A stretch of DNA of 64,000 bases from Spirochaetia bacterium. GTDB lineage: Bacteria; Spirochaetota; Spirochaetia; UBA9216. Within the stretch, counting starts at the first letter, position 1. Every line of letters starts with the position of its first letter. Below are positions 59,791 through 64,000 of the stretch, one piece after another. Location of the stretch: positions 480,001 through 544,000 of the forward strand of contig OZ223272.1 in the NCBI GenBank assembly GCA_965140585.1. The letters are read 5' to 3'. A program made the position numbers and the translations under genes. The notes under the pieces were generated by a model. It saw only the letters and a list, made by a program, of their open reading frames with translations, was not told the DNA's origin and made no database searches.

Positions 59791-61116
59791 ATGAACACGG
59801 AAAGAATCGGTGTAGCCGTAATAGGCTGCGGAGTTGTGGGCGGCGCAACAGCAAATCTACTTGTTAAAGACAGTGAACTCCTTACCAAGAAAACCGGAAA
59901 AGAACTATTTTTGAAATATATCGTTGATGTCAATTTCAGCAGGGCCGAAGAAATGGGTCTGGACTCTGCTCTTTTTGAATCAGACATAAATAAAGTTCTT
60001 GCTGATGAGGAAGTTAAAATCTGTGTGGAACTCATCGGCGGAACTACCATTGCAAAAACAATGACCGAGAAGATTCTCAAAACCGGAAGAACCGTGGTTA
60101 CTGCCAACAAGGCTCTTCTTGCCCTTCACGGTCAGGAACTCATGGCGGTTGCAAGAGAAAACAACGCAGCAATAGGCTTTGAAGCATCATGCGGCGGAGG
60201 AATCCCGATCATCAGGGCGTTAATGGACGGCCTTCTTGCAAACAGAATCGACGCCTTCTACGGTATTGTTAACGGTACCTGCAACTATATTCTTACAGAG
60301 ATGATCCAGAAGGGGCAGAGCTATGCCGATGCCCTTGCCGATGCACAGAGAGACGGACTTGCTGAAGCCGATCCGACCCTCGACGTAACCGGCGGAGACT
60401 CGTCCCACAAACTCGCAATTATGTCGGCACTTTCATTCGGAAAGAGCATTGACTACAGTAAAATCTCGGTTCATGGAATCGATACTCTGGACCTTCAGGA
60501 TGTTAAATACGGTCAGGAACTGGGCTATATTGTCAAGCTTCTTGCTATTGCTCAAAGAAAGGACAATGGCTTAAGCCTCAGAATCAGTCCGGCCTTTATT
60601 TCAAAGGAACATCCCCTGGCATGGGTATCAGGCCCATTCAACGCGGTAAGCGTTTACGGCAGCAACGTAGGGCATACCATGTACTATGGACGCGGAGCAG
60701 GCGGATCCCCCACAGCTTCTGCTGTTATGGCTGATGTAATATCGGCAGCACTCGGCATCACCCAGCTTCAGTTCAACAGCCTTGGACTCTGGCCTGATCA
60801 GACCGAACCTGCCGTTCAGCTTCCGGTGGAGGAATTTGAAAGCAGGTATTACCTTAGAGCAATGATTGAGGATGAGCCCGGAATGCTGGGCAGACTGGCT
60901 ACAATACTCGCCGATCACGACATCAGCATCGCATCAGCTCTTCAGAAGGAGCCGGCCTCACCGAAAAGTAAGGAAGTTCCTCTGGTAATCACAACTCACG
61001 ACACCAGCGAGGGAAGTATGCGGAAGGCTGTAGCTGCAATCGAGAACCTTAGCGGCGTAAGCGGAAAACCGGTTTTTATCGGTATCGTTGATGAACATGA
61101 AGAGTTCAACAGATAA
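59791..61116 (+). CDS. hom: Homoserine dehydrogenase with ACT domain
   Basis: GCGVVG, TANK, GGGIP, NGTCNYIL, AEADP, GAGG.PTA. Confidence 0.96.
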   Translation: MNTERIGVAVIGCGVVGGATANLLVKDSELLTKKTGKELFLKYIVDVNFSRAEEMGLDSALFESDINKVLADEEVKICVELIGGTTIAKTMTEKILKTGRTVVTANKALLALHGQELMAVARENNAAIGFEASCGGGIPIIRALMDGLLANRIDAFYGIVNGTCNYILTEMIQKGQSYADALADAQRDGLAEADPTLDVTGGDSSHKLAIMSALSFGKSIDYSKISVHGIDTLDLQDVKYGQELGYIVKLLAIAQRKDNGLSLRISPAFISKEHPLAWVSGPFNAVSVYGSNVGHTMYYGRGAGGSPTASAVMADVISAALGITQLQFNSLGLWPDQTEPAVQLPVEEFESRYYLRAMIEDEPGMLGRLATILADHDISIASALQKEPASPKSKEVPLVITTHDTSEGSMRKAVAAIENLSGVSGKPVFIGIVDEHEEFNR

Positions 61117-61149
61117 ACAGCTGAGTTTAACCCTCAAATAATAAATTAC

Positions 61150-61179
61150 AAGCCTCTGCATAATGCAGGGGCTTTTTTT
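61150..61179 (+). terminator. Rho-independent terminator after hom
   Basis: AAGCCTCTGCA-TAA-TGCAGGGGCTT-TTTTT. Confidence 0.8.
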
Positions 61180-61210
61180 ACTGATATGAAAAATACCGGA
61201 TTAAATTGGA

Positions 61211-61918
61211 TTAAAGACTAAAGGGAAGAATCGGATCGATTGCAGCAAGCAGTGCAACAAGGATCAGGGCTGGAAGAAAATTGGCAGTCTTTATATCCTT
61301 CAGTTTCAGAAGATTGATACCTATCATTATAATCATTATCCCGCCGAGTCCGGATATTTCGGAAATTACAAGCTGTGGTATGAAATCACCGAAGAAGACA
61401 GCAAGAAGAGTCAGTCCGCCCTGAATAACCAGTACGGTAATAATGGAAAAAGCCACACCTATACCCATTCCGGCAGCAAAAATAATTGATGAAATACCGT
61501 CCATAACCGACTTGGTCAGAAGCAGGTCGTATTCCTTTGCAACTCCAGCCCGTATTGAACCGACAATTGTCATTGCTCCTATGCAGAAGAGGATCGAACC
61601 GTTAAGAAACCCGTGTGCAAAGGCTCCGGTTTTTTCGGATGACTTCCGGCTGAATCTTTTTTCAAGAAAACTGCCGAATTTCATAATAGCTCCGTCGATG
61701 TTCATCAGGTAGCCGATATAGCCGCCGAGCGTAATCGAAATTACCACATACAGGGTCTTTGTGTACTCAAAGCACATTCTGATCCCGATCACCATAGAGA
61801 TCATCCCGATTCCCATAAAAAGCACCTCATTGTGCTCTGTTTTAACCCGATCCCCAAGCTTTACCCCGATCACCGACCCGATCAGGATTGTTAGACAATT
61901 GATAAATGTTGCTATCAT
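61211..61918 (-). CDS. DUF554-family membrane protein
   Basis: LFCIGAMTIVGS, KSVMDG, Q G.LTL, ANFLPAL. Confidence 0.9.
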   Translation of the reverse strand: MIATFINCLTILIGSVIGVKLGDRVKTEHNEVLFMGIGMISMVIGIRMCFEYTKTLYVVISITLGGYIGYLMNIDGAIMKFGSFLEKRFSRKSSEKTGAFAHGFLNGSILFCIGAMTIVGSIRAGVAKEYDLLLTKSVMDGISSIIFAAGMGIGVAFSIITVLVIQGGLTLLAVFFGDFIPQLVISEISGLGGIMIIMIGINLLKLKDIKTANFLPALILVALLAAIDPILPFSL

Positions 61919-62083
61919 ATCCCCGATAATAACTTTTTTGTGGTATAATGTGAATAATATAAATGATGGACGTGAGTTTTTTGTTATCAGCAATATTAAC
62001 TGACAAATCGCTCAGCAAACCCTTAATAATTACAATAAAACAGTCGATTAATAATGTAGATAATATAAAAAAAGGGGGATTCC

Positions 62084-62416
62084 ATGGGAACCGCTCAGGC
62101 AACTAAGATGAATGACATCGTTGAGTCAGCTGAATCTATCTCGGAAAACAAGATCTACTGCGCCAATTGTGTACACTGCAAACTAGTAAGAACAAAAACA
62201 GGTGCAGGCGGGCAATACTGTCTGAGAGTAAGATGCGATGCCGGCATGTGGCGGAAAAAGCTTGGAGAGGAAAAAGTATACAAATACTTTACCGTAGCAA
62301 GAAGAAGCCCTGATTCCTGCAGTCATTATGAGCCGATGGGAGATCCCAAGGAATTTATCAAAGAACTCAAAAAGACACTGCCGATCAAGGATGAGGTTTA
62401 CACAAGCCTTTATTAA
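62084..62416 (+). CDS. Cys-rich hypothetical protein
   Basis: CANCVHC...C...C; GGGG RBS. Confidence 0.75.
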   Translation: MGTAQATKMNDIVESAESISENKIYCANCVHCKLVRTKTGAGGQYCLRVRCDAGMWRKKLGEEKVYKYFTVARRSPDSCSHYEPMGDPKEFIKELKKTLPIKDEVYTSLY

Positions 62417-62431
62417 TCCTAATATATCTTC

Positions 62432-62827
62432 ATGAAAAGAAGATTCATATTAGCTGCAGCAGTACTGCTGGCCTTAACAGCTTCATGCACAACAACCGAA
62501 ACTGTAATCGATGAAAATCTCAGTCCGGGTGAATACTTCAGACTCGCCCAGACTGCATCAAGCGACTATGATGACTATTCCACAGCGCTCGCTTATTATG
62601 AAGCTTTCATAAAAAGATATCCTGATGATGCAATAATGATCATTGAGGCCGAATATGAAATTGCTTTCCTTTATTACAAGATGGGTGATAAAACTACAGC
62701 CGAAAAACTCTTTAATGAAATAATTGACAAGTACAGCAGACCAGAGGCTGCAATTCTTCCTGCATGGCCTAGAGTTTTATCATCGAAGATGCTCGACAAA
62801 CTGAACAACTCTACTGCGGCAGAATAA
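62432..62827 (+). CDS. TPR-like lipoprotein
   Basis: Lipobox TASC; ALAYYEAFIKRYP, AEYEIAFLYYK. Confidence 0.8.
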   Translation: MKRRFILAAAVLLALTASCTTTETVIDENLSPGEYFRLAQTASSDYDDYSTALAYYEAFIKRYPDDAIMIIEAEYEIAFLYYKMGDKTTAEKLFNEIIDKYSRPEAAILPAWPRVLSSKMLDKLNNSTAAE

Positions 62828-63920
62828 TAGTAGTTATTTCAATATCAAAAGCTTCAGCATCATCATAAACCATTTCTTTAGTAACCTTACCCCGCGGTCT
62901 TTCGTGGGGTGGGGCATCTCCGATTAGAATAAGCTTGCGATCTTCTGCCTGCCATGAAAAAGCATGTATTCCTTCATAGAGAGCTTCATATACAGCCTCT
63001 GGAATATCTCTTCCGCCGAAAACGGTAGTCCTGTTAAGGACCGCCTGCACGGTATTGAAATCGGACTGAAAGGGCCTGACCCTGGTAAGATATTCATCGT
63101 GATAGTCCCTGTAGAGAACCATTCCAAAACGAAAATGACTGTAACCGGCTGTAATCTCCTTAAGCATAGGAACCAGTTCTTTTTTAAGGAATGGAATATC
63201 ATTTTCCATGCTTGCGGTTGTATCAAGAGCAAGAACCAGATCAAGACTGCCGCTGTCGACATCGTCCAGAATCTCACCGAGAACTCTAAGGATATCTTCC
63301 TCACCAAGACATTTTATAGCCTCACCCCGGCCTTCCTCTGCAATTTCCTCATAGCTTTCCAGTGTATCTTCCATATAATTACCCTCGGGAGGTCCGGGAA
63401 GCGGAACCTGCTCTACAGCTATTATAAAGGGATTGTCCTTGAAGCCTGCTGCATAATCGGCATACTTATTTCCGAAAGCCCTGATACTGAGGTAGGTACC
63501 GTCAACGACAAGGATTTCACCGCTGCGGCTCCATGAATAACCGTAGACTACAATGTAGGGTATAAATATTCTGAACGCGTCTCCAAAACCTTCCAGATAT
63601 TCGGGGGTGGAATCGATAAGCGAATAAAGTTTCTTTTCAGGATCGAGAAACTCACCGTTAAGCATCCGCTTCTCATCACCGTTGTACTTGTTGTATTCGG
63701 GAGCCCTTAGGGCATATGAGGCAGCCTGCTTCTGTGGATCAGCCGTTGATTCGGTAAGAAGAATGGAGCCTATCCCCTCCTTTGCCTTAACCCACAGAAA
63801 ATATCCGCCTTCAATAGTCTGTTCAATCCGGAGATCCTCAACACCTATACTCAGGTCCTGCGCCGCAGAGGGAAGGATCTGTACAGCAATCATTAAAAGA
63901 AAAATTACAGCCTTTCTCAT
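62811..63920 (-). CDS. Secreted VWA-domain protein
   Basis: MIDAS DTTASM, YRDY, GG.D.PEA, IGDAPPH. Confidence 0.88.
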   Translation of the reverse strand: MRKAVIFLLMIAVQILPSAAQDLSIGVEDLRIEQTIEGGYFLWVKAKEGIGSILLTESTADPQKQAASYALRAPEYNKYNGDEKRMLNGEFLDPEKKLYSLIDSTPEYLEGFGDAFRIFIPYIVVYGYSWSRSGEILVVDGTYLSIRAFGNKYADYAAGFKDNPFIIAVEQVPLPGPPEGNYMEDTLESYEEIAEEGRGEAIKCLGEEDILRVLGEILDDVDSGSLDLVLALDTTASMENDIPFLKKELVPMLKEITAGYSHFRFGMVLYRDYHDEYLTRVRPFQSDFNTVQAVLNRTTVFGGRDIPEAVYEALYEGIHAFSWQAEDRKLILIGDAPPHERPRGKVTKEMVYDDAEAFDIEITTIILPQ

Positions 63921-64000
63921 ATCTATAAGTATCGGCGCGGGACTGCCGGTTTACAAGTTGTAAATTAAAAGAGACATCAGCCGGCCTGTGCAGCAGTTTT

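Overview
Chromosomal window, most likely from a free-living spirochaete (inferred from Spirochaetota-type hypothetical proteins, many lipoproteins, and groEL without an adjacent groES). Bases 1-8153 hold an AT-rich integron-like cassette array. A tyrosine recombinase (7080-8153, minus) is co-oriented with at least 10 cassettes that begin right after its stop codon. The cassettes are bounded by nine palindromic attC-like sites and one attI-like junction. The recombinase lacks the IntI-specific insertion, and the sites have a non-canonical geometry. The cassettes are: a truncated lipoprotein, three copies of a P-loop kinase carrying a 13-bp VNTR (16/1/11 units), a DUF5343-like + Swt1-HEPN gene pair (candidate defence system), and five ORF-less cassettes in two subfamilies that share a nested fold with compensatory base changes. 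The rest is mostly housekeeping: pgsA, decayed uxaAB, M32 peptidase, T-box-thrS, groEL, biotin ligase-mnmA, argRCBDG plus a GNAT-type argA, an IclR-TRAP-SDR cluster, MATE, pgi, an acyl-CoA ligase and hom. One further notable locus is a Moco/Wco-riboswitch-led ABC-type operon (46505-51533), a candidate pterin-cofactor uptake system. All family assignments come from motif recognition by eye; no searches were run.
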